Origin: the human T2T-CHM13v2.0 reference genome, Homo sapiens
Direction: 5' to 3' (one strand)
Length of the DNA stretch: 64,000 bases
NCBI RefSeq assembly: GCF_009914755.1
Contig: NC_060932.1
Shown in pieces: positions 30,340 to 45,731 of the stretch. Both the position numbers and the translations under genes were made by a program. Under the pieces are notes generated by a model. That model searched no databases and was not told the origin of the DNA. It saw only the letters and a list, made by a program, of their open reading frames with translations. Positions within the stretch are counted from its first letter, which is position 1; each line of letters starts with the position of its first letter.

Positions 30340-30990
30340 CACCATTCTCCCAGAGCTATAAAAAGGGAAACCTTCAGAGTCATCTTTTATTTCTTTCTTT
30401 CCATTCCTTTCTCCCCTCCCTCCTGCACTAAATCAGTTTCAAAGTTATAGGCATGCTATCCTACATCCATCTCTTCCTCTCCATTCCAAACTCTGTAACA
30501 TATTCAGGCCTTCACTGTCCACTGACTAAACTTTTGTAAGAGGATACTAATTGATCTCCTTACCTCCTACTATTCTACATTTTTAAAGAGCCCTATTAGT
30601 TCTGCTGTCAATTAACTATCCTAAAGCTCTGATCCAAACATGGCACCTCCCAATTCTAAAACCTTCAAATCTTTTATTGCAAAAAAAAGTTTTTATAATA
30701 TGTTTTCTGTCTTCCTTTCTAAGTATTCACATTTCTCCTATGCACCAGCAAAAGTGAACTGTTTCCAGAACAGACTTAATGCTTTCCTTCATGTCTTTGC
30801 TTTCATAGTCCACATCACTTGGAACACTCCCCTCTCTCAATCTCTCTGATAAAATTTTATCCATTCACTGAATCTATCTTAATTGTCACTTTCTCTTGAT
30901 TTCCTAAACTGATTTGAAAACCCACTGAAGCTCCTCAAGAAGCACTATCTCTTTGCTACAATTATGGCATTTCTTTTGTGCTTTACATTA
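30340..30990 (+). mobile_element. L2 remnant
   Basis: Pyrimidine-rich L2 3' motifs (aaaccttcagagtcatc, cacttggaacactcccc, aattgtcactttctc). Confidence 0.55.
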
Positions 30991-31004
30991 CAGTTTGTTG
31001 TTGT

Positions 31005-31310
31005 TCATGAGCTGGCTTCAAATATTTGAAAGCCTGTCATGAGAAACAAGGATTAAACTTGTTCCATAAATCTCCAGAGTAGAACCAAGACTAATGACTA
31101 AACTATACAAAAGACAGCTTTTAGGTCAATGCAGCAAAGAATTTTCTGACATCCAGAATTGCCCAAATATTGGGCTGCTTCTGAAGGGACTACATTCTTG
31201 TCATTGCAATATTCAAACATAGGCTCAAAACACTACTTTTAGGGGATGTGGTAGAAAAAAATAGATAAAGTGGACCAGATGGTCAATAATAGTACCTTCA
31301 AGCCAGGGAT
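31005..31310 (+). mobile_element. L3/CR1 remnant
   Basis: cttcaaatatttgaaagcctgtcat...aaagaattttctgaca...ggaccagatg. Confidence 0.6.
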
Positions 31311-31855
31311 TGTTTTGAAGTTTACATTCCTAAAGGCACTTTAGAAACCCAACTAAATATAACCTTGTTATTGATTAGTATTTGAATCTGCTAAGAAAAT
31401 CAAGCCTGATTTTTAAAATCTACTAACTCTCAACTCCCCAACATCAGAATAAAAATAATTTATCCAGAAAACAAAATTAGAAAAGTTTGGAGTGCAACTA
31501 TGAGGGGAGAGATAGATTTTAATTTTAGAAAAGGTTAACTGTATTCTGTTGCATAAGTAGTATCTTATCCCTTAAATACGTATAACACAAATATATAGAA
31601 GAGCAAATTTTTGAATATCCATGTCAAAAAATAACTTCTTAAATGGTTTATAAAATCTGTGAAGCATGTTTTCTTCTATTATATTGTTGTTTATTATAAC
31701 ATGTAAATAGGGTGCTGAGGACTCCAATAACAAATAGAAAGTAGTTTTGCCTTACTTGGCTTTTCATATATTGCATACTGAGGACCTTTAAATACAGTGC
31801 CTATGCATACTTTGACATGTAAAGGAATTCTGTAGCATCTCTTTTTACGTAACAG

Positions 31856-31924
31856 TTGACTTGACAACATTCACAGAAGATTATGATAGTCTTGGAACTT
31901 AATGGTGAATTCCCTACCAGAAAT
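31856..31924 (+). other. Candidate exon (69 nt), non-coding or start-containing
   Basis: tctctttttacgtaacag|TTGAC...AGAAAT|gtaagt; stops in all three frames; internal ATG opens MIVLELNGEFPTRN. Confidence 0.3.
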
Positions 31925-32019
31925 GTAAGTTTTCTTTTAAAATAGAAACATAAAAAGCATTTATACCATTGTAGAAAACATTTGCTAAAAACTGACTATT
32001 TTAAGATCTTAATAGATAA

Positions 32020-32640
32020 ATGAACAAAGGCTAAAAACAGTCAATTCACACAAGAAAAAACCTGACATGTAAACAAACACAGAAAAATGTTCAACTACGC
32101 TAATAATCAACTAAATGCAAGTTAAAACAATGAGATACCATTTCACACCTATTAAATTGGCAAACAATATTTTTAACAAACAATACTCAGTACTGGTGTG
32201 GCTACAGTGAATCTGATGCACAGTGTTGGTGGTACTGTAAATTAGCATAGTATTTTTAGGTTGCTTTTTGGCAGTACATATTAAGATTCATTAAATGCTC
32301 TCATTCTTTGACCTAGGAATTATAAATTTCAGAATGTATCCTAATGAAATAAGAAAGAAAAGGCTATTTGCATTTATGTTCATTGTAGTATAAGTAACAA
32401 CTAATATTTCCAATTGTAGCCAAATGCTTTTACATAATATTTTTATCCAATTAAATATTCTGTAGCCTTTAAAATTATACTTTAAAAGATTATATAACAA
32501 TATGGAGAAAAATGATAGGCATGTGATTAAGAGTAAAAAGCAGGATTTAGAGCTATACCTATATTATTGCTACAACTCTGTAAAACCTGCCATATGGACA
32601 ATAACTAGAAAGAAAATTTGACATCTTGCAGGAATGGTAT
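32020..32640 (+). mobile_element. Old L1M (ME/MC) ORF2 end and 3'UTR remnant
   Basis: aaatgcaagttaaaacaatgagataccatttcacacctattaaattggcaa. Confidence 0.7.
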
Positions 32641-34248
32641 TAAAAGAAACTATGCGCCTTGTGTTTGCTGCATTACCATGCTATTTCTGCATTAAAGTAA
32701 GAGCAAGGTAATGCTTGGTTTTACTATGTGGAAGGAAGCAGTGCAGAGTAGGTGCTTAAGCTAGGCATATCAAACTCTTTGGTGTCAGGTTTTTTGGTGT
32801 GCATTATAAAGCTTTGAAGACAGGTTCCCTTCAAGTTCTTTCTAACTTTATTGCTCCATGATTCCAAATGATCTGAAGGAAAGATTATATTCAGAAGCCT
32901 CTGAATTAGTTAAGGAAACTCAGTTTTTCCTATTCTTCAATTAATCTCTGAGGATAATTGTAAGATCTCAAAAGCACAGTAAAGTGGTAGGTAAACTTTA
33001 TTTGGGCTCACAAAAATACCTACCATATGTTGGGTGTTTTCAATTTACCAAACACTAAACTTGTATCTTGGACCTTTTTTATGGCTTCATTACAAAAAAA
33101 AAAGCAATCTCCTAAGAGTTTATTTCTTTTCATTTTCCAAATGTGTAAGTTGATGCTCAAGAGAGAATGAGAAATGTACTTAAGGTCACACAGATCTTAC
33201 TGGCAGGTCCAAAATCGGAAGTCAGATCTACCTCCTCTCCTGTTCATATTCTTTGCATCATAATAGGCTTCCTCTCAGAATGGTATTATTTTAGGGGAAA
33301 TATTCCAACTTCAAAGGAAAGATTTTAAAGTCACTCAGTGCATCAAGTAACCAAGTGCAACACAACAAAGGTATCTGGAGTCACTGTAGCCTATTTGCTG
33401 AGCACTGTGATAACATGCTGTTAAGGCCAACATTTCTGCAGTCTGGAAGTAATAGATCATGGTCTCCTGTCCTTTAGCATCTACTGAAGGAAACACTTCA
33501 TAAATTTATAGTTCTTCTAGCTAGGCACAGATATAAAATTTGAGGAAGTTTGTTTCCTCTGCACCCAATCCATTCATTCTGTATGCTCCTCCCCGAGGAG
33601 TCAAATTTAACAGTGGTCAAACAATAAAGTTGAAGGAATAAGTATTTAACAGTGAAATCTAAGATAGCAGTTAGTTAATTGGCAAGGTGCTAGAGAGAAA
33701 TAAACCTTGTTGGAATTCCTGAGCTCACATAATTTAGATAGCTTCATACTCTTCCCTAGAATTATGTGTGATATCAGGTCTTTCTTTCAAGAGATGAGAA
33801 AATAACTAGAATGCTGTGATCCTGGAGAAAATATAAATTAAGATACAGATACTTTGTTTTATTTTTTTAATTAGGGAGCATTTGAACAAAGTGAGAATAA
33901 GGTAATTTTGCAGAACACCAGAAAAGGGGTTACCCCTGGGAACATTTTAAGGAGATAGTTTAAAGTCATAAAGCTATTACAGCAAGTGTTAAGTATTTGA
34001 AACTTATTACGTATTGGGAGAAGTATCAAATATAAATAGGCTCAAGAAGATCTCTGATAAGATAGTAGTTAATTATATATCAGGTTAAAGGAACAGTAGA
34101 CATTATGATGAATGCTAAATCAAGCAATACAGAAAGAAACATAACATGTTAATTTAAACATTTATAGGTTATAAGCAAATTTATATAAGCAAAACATTTA
34201 TAGGTTTATAAGCCATAAACCTTCATCTCCTCTTTGGAAGCCTACATA

Positions 34249-34576
34249 CAGATCTAATTAATAAACTTTATATTTAAACTAGTTTTAGATTTACATAAGA
34301 TTGAACAGAAAGTGCAGAGAGTTCCCACTATCCCCTCACACCTCAGCCCCTGGCCTGTAACACACACACAAAATTCCACTGTTAATATCTTTAACTGGTG
34401 TGGCATATTTGTTGCAATTGATAAGCCAATATTGTTACATTATTATTAACTAAAATTCATAGTTTAAATTAGATTCATTCTGTGTTATATATTTCATGAG
34501 TTTTGACAAATGTATAATGACATGTATCCACCATTACAGTATCATGCAGAATAGTTTTACTTTCCTAAAAATTCCT
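34249..34576 (-). mobile_element. L1MC/MD-type 3' end
   Basis: agttttagatttaca...gagttccc...ttattattaactaaa...tttgacaaatgtataatgacatgtatccaccattacagtatcat; flanked by 12-bp direct repeat gaagcctacata (34237, 34577). Confidence 0.8.
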
Positions 34577-35179
34577 GAAGCCTACATATCTTAATAGAGC
34601 AATCTGTCTGTTAGCTGGATGTTGGCTTATCATGACTGGTGATGTTGCTTCCAAGCAGATAACATGTTGAACTTTTACAAAGTAATGGAGAAAAGTCAAT
34701 AGAGCTCCATATATTGGAAAGGTCAATACCTAGGACCAACTCTTGCTGGGTAAACTGCTAAGCACATATTAATATCATATTTGGCCTATTCAAGAAGGAA
34801 AATTTGATGACTGCATTTAAGATTTCTGAGTATCTAACTGTTTGAATCAGACAGAGGTTTTGCCTACTATAGTTAAGCATGACACCAAGAACCAAATAGA
34901 TATTCATTTGATAGATTCCAAAGTTTTAAAACCTGGCTAGCAGCACTCAATATATAACATCATGTTGTCCAAGTGACCTTTATTGTTCAATAACAGTCTT
35001 ATGAAGGACAAATAATTTTCAATGACATATTGCAACATTATAGCAATATATAAAGAAAAGGCCATCAGGGAAGACAATAGTGATATAAAAAGTGAATAGG
35101 CAATGTCCCCTATATCTAGGCAGCCATTAACACTTAAAGATTCATTAGTGAATTTATTTTGATAAAAATATTTATATTA

Positions 35180-35541
<362 letters not shown>

Positions 35542-38278
35542 TCATCATGGTTTGTACCCACTCAAAAAAGAATGCTGCTGAGTTGGTACATGACAAACTC
35601 AGGTGAGATTAAGGAAAAAAAGGAAAGCCCCTTTTGTTTGGAGGAAAGTTGTTCTAACCTGAAAGATTGAAATTCTAGTGGACAAGGCTTTCAATTTTAT
35701 CATTTTCTGTTTCCACCCCAACATACTTAATGCTACTAGAAAAAGCCATAGAACCATGCTATTGGACCTACTACAAATTATTAATAGACTATCTAACATC
35801 AACCAAACCTTCCACACTGCACAGGCATTATTTTAATTGTTATTTGTCTCCCTATTTCATATTACATTCCAGCTGCATTAAACTCTTTTCAATCGTCTCA
35901 AGCCTCCAACCACAACTACCACACTGGGCTGGTGACATTTTCACTTTATAAAAAGATGAAGACTCTCCAATTAAAGGTTCTCTACATGCTCATCATCCAC
36001 TCCACCAAAGCCCCCATACCAGGGAAATATATGGTAATTCTTCACCCCAGTACCCTCTATCCTTATCTATCTTTCCTTCCTTGAGACTTGTTTCATTTGC
36101 CATCTCCCCTTTATTGTATTTTCATGCTCTCCAACGCTATGTATTTTTTATGCTATGCCTATACATTTAATCAAGTTTCTTTTGGCCAAAAATTTATTTT
36201 TTCATATTTCAGCTTTCATTGTAGGGTCATCTATACTGAATCTTTTAAAAAGTCCATAAGTAGATGGTCAGGCTAACTACATACTGTAAATTATATATTA
36301 TTTATTGTGCATTATATATTAACTTAATTTAGAAGCTGCCTGGAATCAGGCTGAAAATTCTCTTGCCAAACAGAGGAGGAGATGGATAAAGGTAGAGAAC
36401 CCTGAAGATGGTCATGCTTTTAAATACTAGGAGTCAACTAAATTGAAATGAGACTTTCAATTATTTCTCAAGATATCCTAGAGAATACGCATAACTCCCA
36501 AAAAAATTCTCCAGTACCTTAGAACTAAAAATCCCATATCCAGTTTTGACCTTACCCCTCCTAGTGACAGTCTTTAAAATCTGTTTCAGGTCTCTAGAAC
36601 CAATGAGTGAGGCTAATCAAGGATAATGCCTTTTACCTACTCTAGTAAATTTAATATACATAGAAATTGGTCATAGTATAAGTAAGGTCTCCCACTCCAA
36701 ATGTACCTAAGTATTTTTCCAAGACAAGTATACTAGCCTACCAGATCCTAGAGGAGAGACTGGGAGCTGAGATTACTGCCCACAGACTGATATTAAAAAA
36801 ACAACAAATGTACAAATGCTCTATTTCCTTCAATCCCACTTTGAATTCTTCTGCCACTTTTATTACTCACAGAGAGTAACTCATTGGCTGTAAGCCCCAC
36901 AAAGCAGAAAGCTGTAAATCAGAGTAATTCTCATCAGCACCACACAGTAAGTTTTCATCCCAGAGAAGATGAAATACATAGATGCAATTTGTCCTTAGTA
37001 TTTATACTGGATGCTCACGGTTAGTTTTATTGTCTTTGGAAAACTGAACTAAAAGCAACAACATTATAAAACATTGTTATAAACCAGGTTCTTTACATGC
37101 ATTATCCCATTTAATCCTCACAACAACCCTACAACATGAATATTTTAATCCTCATTTTATACACGAAAATGTGAAGGTCACTGGGTAGTTTTACTTGCGT
37201 AAGACAATAAGTGGCATCATGAGGATTCAAATGCAGCCACCTCATGTCATATTTGGGCATGCTAAAGTCCAAACATTTTCAGAAACATTGTTCTCATACT
37301 TCATAAAAATGATAAGGATTAATGATTATTGAGGATTTATTCTGTAACAGACTGCTAAATTTCATTTAATCTTCACTGGGACCCAATGGGCAGTTACTAT
37401 TTTTGTTTCCAGTTATAGTTAAGTAACTGGCTTAAAGTCTGTATTAGAAGCAAAGCTGTCTGATTCCAGAACCCACAATACATAACTACTGTTGAAAGAT
37501 TATAAAGGTATTACCCTTCCCAAGGTAAGAGCATGTTTGACATGGTTTCCTGAGTATCTAATACAAACACAGGAAAACAAAAAATCCATCATGGCAAAAA
37601 GTTTTTCCCTCCCAAAATCCATGTGTTCCCACAGAACACTAGACATAGCTTGGAACAGGTCTCATAATATGGACATCTTCCCTGTCTTGCTCCTGAATGA
37701 GCTCCACCTTAACCACCATTTCCTACTTCATAAAAAAAAATTTAAAAAAAAAAAAGCTAATTTGGTAAAGAGAGGTCCTAAATCATATGTGAATCTATTA
37801 ATGCCTTTGCCCCTATGTCTTGGATTTCTTATTTTCCCTCACTAGAGCTAAATTCTGCCTTTGATTTATCCAAAACCCAATTTAAGCCACAGTTTCACGT
37901 GTGTGTCAACCCAAATCCCAGGATCCTCCTCTATGCTATTGACACTTTGTTGCAAGGCCCTAGAACACTTCACAGTTAAACCTGGTAGTATCATTCACCA
38001 AATATTAATGAATGAATTTAATGGGTTTTTAAAGTGCATTTACAGTGTTCAATTGCTATCTTTCCCCAGTGTTTCTAATCAATTTAAATAAGATTTGAGA
38101 TACTTCCAATCACAATTCAACATGATTCTGCAACTTATCTTATTTATTATCCCAAACCTACAGATTTCTATGGAAGGTTTTTCTCTGTTCTTCTTGGGTC
38201 TCCTGTCATATCTTCATTTAAATGTATGGTTCCACAGTAGTGCTAGGGCCTCATATACTCTAGAAAAACTTCAGTATT

Positions 38279-38634
<356 letters not shown>

Positions 38635-39234
38635 CTATAATCCCGATGGTCCCAATTGCATGTGATCTCTGCTTTTGTCCATGCTGCAGTGGAAACCAGT
38701 GGGTATGAGTACATCTAGTAGAGGAAGCCATTTTTGCAACTCACATTATAGGCAAATTTCTTGCCAAAGTCCTCTGTAAGTAACCATTCTGCGATGTCAT
38801 CACATAATACACCTTGGCTCCTTTCTATTGAGAATCCTCCAGAATTATATCAGAATATAATCTAAGGCAATAGCCATAGGTTGCAGTTAAAGAAATATTA
38901 AGAAAATATAAGAACTACAACCACAATTTATCATGATATGGTGGCTGGCAGATATTAAAGTGTTTAGTTCAAGAAGTGAGTTTTTGAAGAACATAAGGAT
39001 ACTCCATAAATAATACAGTTGCTTATGATGAATAAAAATAGTCCTATGAGCGTCTTGTTTCTTCTTGCCAATGGAATAAAACACCACAGTATAAAAACAA
39101 ATAGTTCAAGTTAGTGTAGGCAGCCACACTTTGAGGTGTGTAAACAGTCCTGAAAAATCAGTTGAAAATATGCGTTAGGTCCTTTGCAACTCTTTCAATT
39201 CAGAAGGGTACTGGGGGGTTTATTTATTTGTTTA

Positions 39235-39490
39235 TTAAGCAAACACTCAATGTATGTTTACTATGTGCCATGCAGGTTTTAAATGTTTACAAAGATTAAC
39301 TTATTTAATCCTTATGCCAACCATGTGAGGCATGTACTATCTTTAATATTATTTCCAATTAACAGATGCAGAAACTGAGGCACAGAGAGGTTAAATAACT
39401 TGCTCAAGATCATACAACTGGCAAATGTTGGAGCAGGCATTCAAATACAGGCTTGCAGGCTCACAGTCCATGCTCCTTCCCGCTGTACCA
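39235..39490 (-). mobile_element. MIR
   Basis: acagatgcagaaactgaggcacagagaggttaaataacttgctcaagatcataca. Confidence 0.85.
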
Positions 39491-39619
39491 TGCCCTTCCC
39501 TATTCTGCAGGCTTCTTGTGGTTTAAAATGATGAATGCTTGCGGTCTCTTACTTCAAGTGTCTTTTCTGTGTGGTTTTTTTTTTTCTGACACAGAAAAAG
39601 AATAAACATCATTTTTGTC

Positions 39620-40180
39620 CGTCATCAAATATTTATTCCATGATTGTAATATGAAAGGCACTGTACTAGACATTGGGCATACCATGGAAAATAAGATAAA
39701 TAAGGTCTTTACCTTTAGGAATCTCATATTCTAGGGGGAAATATAAGCCAACTGAGATACATATAAAGTGTCATAACACAGGTAGAACAGCATGCTGGGG
39801 CCTACAAAAGGGCACCCAAATTAAAGCCAGTGTGGGAGGCTTTCTGTAAGCAATCTAATCTAAGTGGAAAGATCAAAAATTGAGTAAGTAAAAGTGGTAA
39901 GAAAAGGAGGAGTCAGCGTATTCTAAGAAATGGAGGTAACTTTTTAAGTGGAAAAGTTCAGCCTGGCTGGACTGTAGAATGTGCAGTGGTGCATGAAGGG
40001 AAATAAGACTGGCTAGGCATAGAGGAACCAAATAAAGCAAGGCTTCTTAGGTCTTGTGGAGAAATAGCATTTTTTTTTTATCCTAAGAGCAATGGAGTGA
40101 CTTTAAAATGTTTAAAGCCAGAGAACAAACATAACCAGCTTTGCAGTTAGAAAAATTCTTTGGATGCAGTGAAGAGATAA
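39620..40180 (-). mobile_element. L2 remnant
   Basis: caaatatttatt...ggcactgtactagacattggg... reverse L2 tail. Confidence 0.6.
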
Positions 40181-40191
40181 AAATTACATCT

Positions 40192-40490
40192 GGCCAGGCG
40201 CTGTGCCTCACGTCCGTAATCTCATCATTTTGGGAGGTGAAGGTGGGAGGATCATTTGAGGCCAGGAGTTCAAGACCAGCCTGGACAACATAGCAGGACC
40301 CTATCTCTAACAAAAATTTCAGAAAACAGCTGCTCATGGTGGAGCATGCCTGTAGTCTCAGCTACTTGAGAGGCTAAGGTGGGAGGATCACTTGAGCCCA
40401 GGAGTTCAAGGTTGCAGTGAGCTATAATCATGCCACTGCACTCCAGCCTGGGTGGCAGAGTAAGACCCTGTCGCTATTAAGAAAAAAAAA
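40192..40490 (+). mobile_element. AluJ
   Basis: gggaggatcacttgagcccaggagttcaaggttgcagtgagctat J-type diagnostics. Confidence 0.93.
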
Positions 40491-41239
40491 TTACAGCAAC
40501 CCTGAAAACTAGGACCAATGGTCTGGCCATTAACACAGCAACAAATAAAACAATATTTAGAAGCCCCTGTGCTCACCAAACCACGCTGGACCACTATAAA
40601 AGAGCATAGGAGGATGACTTCCTCACAACCCACTGCCTGCTTCTGCTCACAAAGCAGGACAACGGTGCAAGCAATCTCTGTTGCATGGCTGCCAGCCTTT
40701 GCAGCAGCCAGAGTGGTATCTGCCCCATTCCCTGATCATCATCAGCACTTTTGCACTTATATCCATGAAGGGAGTACATCTCTTAGGAAGCAAATGACAA
40801 GAAGTAAAGGACGGACTAAGAATTTAGAATCTTCACTACTAAAGAACTAAAGTGCTGAAACAAGGGAATCATTAAAAAACAGTTTCTAGGCTCCTTAGGT
40901 ATTCAGCAAGTCAGAAAATTCAGTAGTGGGCATAAGACAAAAACTCCTCTTAGTCCAGCTAAGTTATACTTTTTCATATTACAATCATAGATTGAAATAC
41001 TATGCAGATATTTAAAAGCGGGATACAGGCCATACACACACATATTTCCTTACACATACGGATGTGTAAAGAAATATAATTCAAGATATATAATTGGAGT
41101 ACAGTGCTTTGAGCACAATCTCTTAGGACAGAAATGTTAATGAGAACAGGAAAAAGTTTATAAAACAGAATTAAACCAACCAACCAAACAAACAAAAAAG
41201 GCATTACATAAAAATAAAGAGATAATCTGTACCAAAAAA

Positions 41240-41870
41240 TAGCTTATTTATAAAACAAATATTATATGAGTGTCCACTTTGTGCCAGACACTATTCTAGG
41301 TGCTAGGAATGTAACAGTGAACAAAACAGATAAATTACACAAGAATCTTTAACTTCTAGGGGCTCACATTCTATTGGGAGAAGGCAAACAAGAAACAGAA
41401 CAAATAAATTACATAGTATGTTAGAATATGATAAACACTATAAATGAAAATAAGGCAGGCTGGGCACGGTGGCTCACACCTGTTATCCCAGCACTTTGGG
41501 AGGCCAAGGCAGGCGGGTCACAAGGTCAGGAGTTCGAGACCAGCCTGACCAACATGGTGAAACCCCATCTGTACTAAAAATACAAAAATTAGTCAGGCAT
41601 GCTGGCATGCGCCTGTAAACCCAGCTACTCAGGAGGCTGAGGCAGGAGAATTGCTTGAACTTGGGAGGCGGAGGTTGCAGTGAGCCGAGATCATGCCACT
41701 GCACTGCAGATCTGTAAAGAGATCTGGGCGACAGAACAAGACTCCGTCTCAAAAGAAAACACACACACACACAACACACACACACACAGGGTATGGAGGA
41801 ACTGAATTTGGGGGTCGTGATTATAAATGTGTGGTTAGGGTAGGTCTTATTGAGAAGTTAACAATTGAGG
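41240..41870 (-). mobile_element. L2 3' end interrupted by Alu
   Basis: gtgccagacactattctaggtgctagg...; resumes after 41788 (ggtcttattgagaag). Confidence 0.7.
41458..41788 (+). mobile_element. AluS with small internal insertion and (CA)n tail
   Basis: Full dimer; extra bases at about 41708-41726; tail aaaagaaaac(ac)n. Confidence 0.93.
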
Positions 41871-42119
41871 AGGCCCGTAGATCTAACTCCTCCACCCCCA
41901 CCCTTCAATGAAAAGCTTAAAAGGTAGTCATTCTTTAAAAAAAAAAAAAAAAAAATAGGTAATTTATGGGTGATTGTTAAGGTTTCAATCCCCTTCTTTA
42001 TTTTCCACAAAGAAGAGATACTACATTTACTTTACAAATGTAAAGAAACAAAACAAAACTAAACAAAATACTATGATCTACAGGATTGACTGTGAAATTT
42101 GAAGCTCTGCTCCAGGTCT

Positions 42120-42490
42120 CAGTTATTATATAGGCAAGTTTTGCCAACACTTCAGAGAAAAAAAAATTATCCCAAATGCATATACACTTCCAGAAAATGG
42201 AGGGGAAAAGGGAATGCTTCCCAAATCATTCTTCAAAGCAAGTAAATCTTGATTCTAGCATCAGAAAAGAACTTCCAGAATTATAGGCTCATTTATTCGT
42301 AAGAACAGATGTAAAAATCCCAGCTAAAATTTAAGCAAACCAAAAGTATATATAAAAAGGTAATATACCTTGACCATGAGTAGATCCCAGGAACCTAAAC
42401 ATGATTAGATCTTTTAAAATCTGTAAATATAGCTCATAGTATTAACAGATTAAAGGGAAAAATACGATAATTATAAAAAATGCAGAATAA
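42120..42490 (+). mobile_element. Old L1M ORF2 fragment
   Basis: cttccagaaaatggagggg...cttcccaaatcattc...agatgtaaaaatcc. Confidence 0.6.
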
Positions 42491-43049
42491 TTGGAGTGGA
42501 AAGTGGAAGGCATGTAATGCCTGAAATGGGAGGGGAGCAATGAAGGGGATGGTCTGGCTCTAGAGTGCAGGAGAAGGTTGAGTGCCAGGAGAAGATCTCC
42601 ATGCCTTTCTCCTACCCTCCTCTGCCCTCCAGTCATCTGTCTAGTCCAGAGGGATTCTGCTATCTATTGGAAACAAATAGAAGAATCGAAAAAAAAAAAT
42701 CGATATTAATATCCCTTTCTAAATTTAGCCCTTAATATTTGTCAGTTTTAAAACCCCAAACTATGTCTAGTACAATGAAATATTTTACTGCATATGATAA
42801 AATGTAGTCTTCTTCATTTTATGTTTCTTCAACTAATAAATTAGTCAGATACATAGATTATTCATAAATGTACTAATATAAATGTGGTTGTAGCATTGAC
42901 ATTATACATTAGGCTCAACAATGTGTTTTATTTATAAACTGTAGACTGGTTTATTTCTTCCCCAAACTCAAATACAGAAATAAAAGTAAACTCCAGATAT
43001 TGGATCTTACTTAAATGATCAGACTGGTATGCTTCAAAAATCTTTTCTT

Positions 43050-43421
<372 letters not shown>

Positions 43422-44369
43422 CTAATAAAATCAGAAATATACTACTCTAAACAGAAGTGTCTCAAATTATTCCAAAAAGTGAGTGGATATGTCATGTCCA
43501 TATAGCAGGAAAAAAAATGTGATCTCAGGTGAACAGAAAAAGGAGAAAAGGAAATTTTCCTCTCAGTGTCATATTTTTTAAAAGACCTAGCCTTTGGGAA
43601 AAGTTGATAAAATGCTTTAACCTGACATCTCAATAGTAATAATGGTAACAACAAGTAATATCCTAACATTAAAAGGTGGTGATGGGGAAGGGAAAATCAA
43701 TCCAGCACCTAAATTGACTCCTCTAGGGACTGGTAGGCATTTTGTGTGGTTGGCTTCATAGTGGATGCCACTTTGGAGAAGAGGCTGGAAAGGCATGTTG
43801 GGGCCCTGAGGTTTGCCATGCTAAGGAGATTTTACTGTATCCTCACCCAAACCTGTGTCAGTTTACAGGAAGGCAAACAATTTCCTGTTGCTGTTTATAA
43901 ACAACCAGTGCTTCGGCAATAGGTTGACACATGTGTCTCTCCACAGCTGTTAAAAGTCAACGTCTCACACCTAAGATAGTTTTAAGCATAGCTGATTCTC
44001 TTAAATTATCTCATTCAGGAGACCATGCATAAACATGGACAGATATGTCTTTTTTGAATTCACAACTTCTTAGCACTTTAGTGGTTTTTGAACTTGCTTA
44101 TATTTTTCCTCTTAGACTTTTATATTCTCTTTTCTCTAATCATTCAAAATCAAAAGAACATTTTAAAAGGAGTGAGATCCTGTTGACCACCTCGATGAAA
44201 AAGAACTAGGTTTCCATGGGTCACTGGCTGCTTATCTGTGTGCATAGCTGAACAAAAGCGATATCAGGTTAACTTTCAAATTATCTGAACCCACTGCAGC
44301 TTTGTTTTCCCAGTGCTTAGGTTCATTACCAATAACACCTTAAGAAGTTAGTGTGGGGGAGAAAAATAA

Positions 44370-44580
44370 ATCAGGAATCAGAATATCTCAATTTAAGCCC
44401 CACCTTTACCTCTAATTAGCTAGGTGATATTGGGAAATTTAGTTGTCTAATTTGAAGCATCTATAAAATAGGGATAAAGATAATAGTTGACTTATGGACC
44501 TTGTGGTGTTTTACATGAAGATCAGAGCAAACAATGTGGTATATAAAAGCACACTGTAACATGCATGCTGTTATTATAAT
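44370..44580 (+). mobile_element. MIR
   Basis: ctctaattagctaggtgatattgggaaa...catctataaaatagggataa. Confidence 0.6.
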
Positions 44581-44671
44581 TATTAGATATTATAAATGAA
44601 TTACCTCTTATCTATGATGAGGATCCTGAAGAAAAACATACACTTTGAGATCTTTTCCTGGTGGCAGTGTT

Positions 44672-44900
44672 TTGCTTTGTTTGTTAAATAATTTCAACTT
44701 TTATTTCAGATTCAGGGGCACATGTTGCAGTTTTGTTACATGGGTTAATTGTGTGATGCTGAGATTTGGGGCACGAATGATCTCATCAGCAGGTAATGAG
44801 CTTAGTATCCAATACTTAGTTTTTTAATCCTGCCTCTCTCTCCCTGCACTAGTTAGTAGTCTCCAGTGTCTACTGCTGCCATCTTTATGTCCATGAGTAT
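44672..44900 (-). mobile_element. Short L1PA16/L1PB-like 3' end
   Basis: tttcaacttttatttcagattcagggg...atctttatgtccatgagta; TSD ctggtggcagtgtt / ctggtgacagtatt (12/14). Confidence 0.8.
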
Positions 44901-45209
44901 CTGGTGACAGTATTGTTTTCATCAGAGTCACTTACATTGTCTAGACTCCCTTATGGCTGGCCACAGTTAGAGGTGTGATCAACAGTGTGGACCAGTCTCC
45001 CTGGGAAGCCATATAGCCCAGAGGGAGATCTACATAGTAGTAGCTTCAGCAAGATGATCCCCAGGCATTGACACCTCGAGGACCTTCTGGTACTGAGAAG
45101 CACAGTGCTTCAGGCTATCCCAATCTAACAGGAGATGCCAATGGTGTTGTTACCCCAGCTCAGTCAGGTTTGATAAGATGATAAACTTCGCATATATGTA
45201 GCACAGACC

Positions 45210-45400
45210 AGTTTTCAGCAACTTTAACGTCTCATTTGGATCTCAAAACAATTCTGTGAAGAAATCAACCTATTATTATTATTCCCACTTTATACATTTA
45301 AAAACTGAGACTAAAATTAGATATGTGACTTGCCCGAATTTGTACAGCTTGTTAAGTAGGAGAGCTAATAACCATACCTAGATTCTGATTCCAGGTCCCT
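45210..45400 (-). mobile_element. MIR
   Basis: aaaactgagact...gtgacttgcccgaa...acagctt. Confidence 0.6.
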
Positions 45401-45434
45401 GCTTCTATATTTTAGGAATTTCCACAACTCCCTA

Positions 45435-45731
<297 letters not shown>

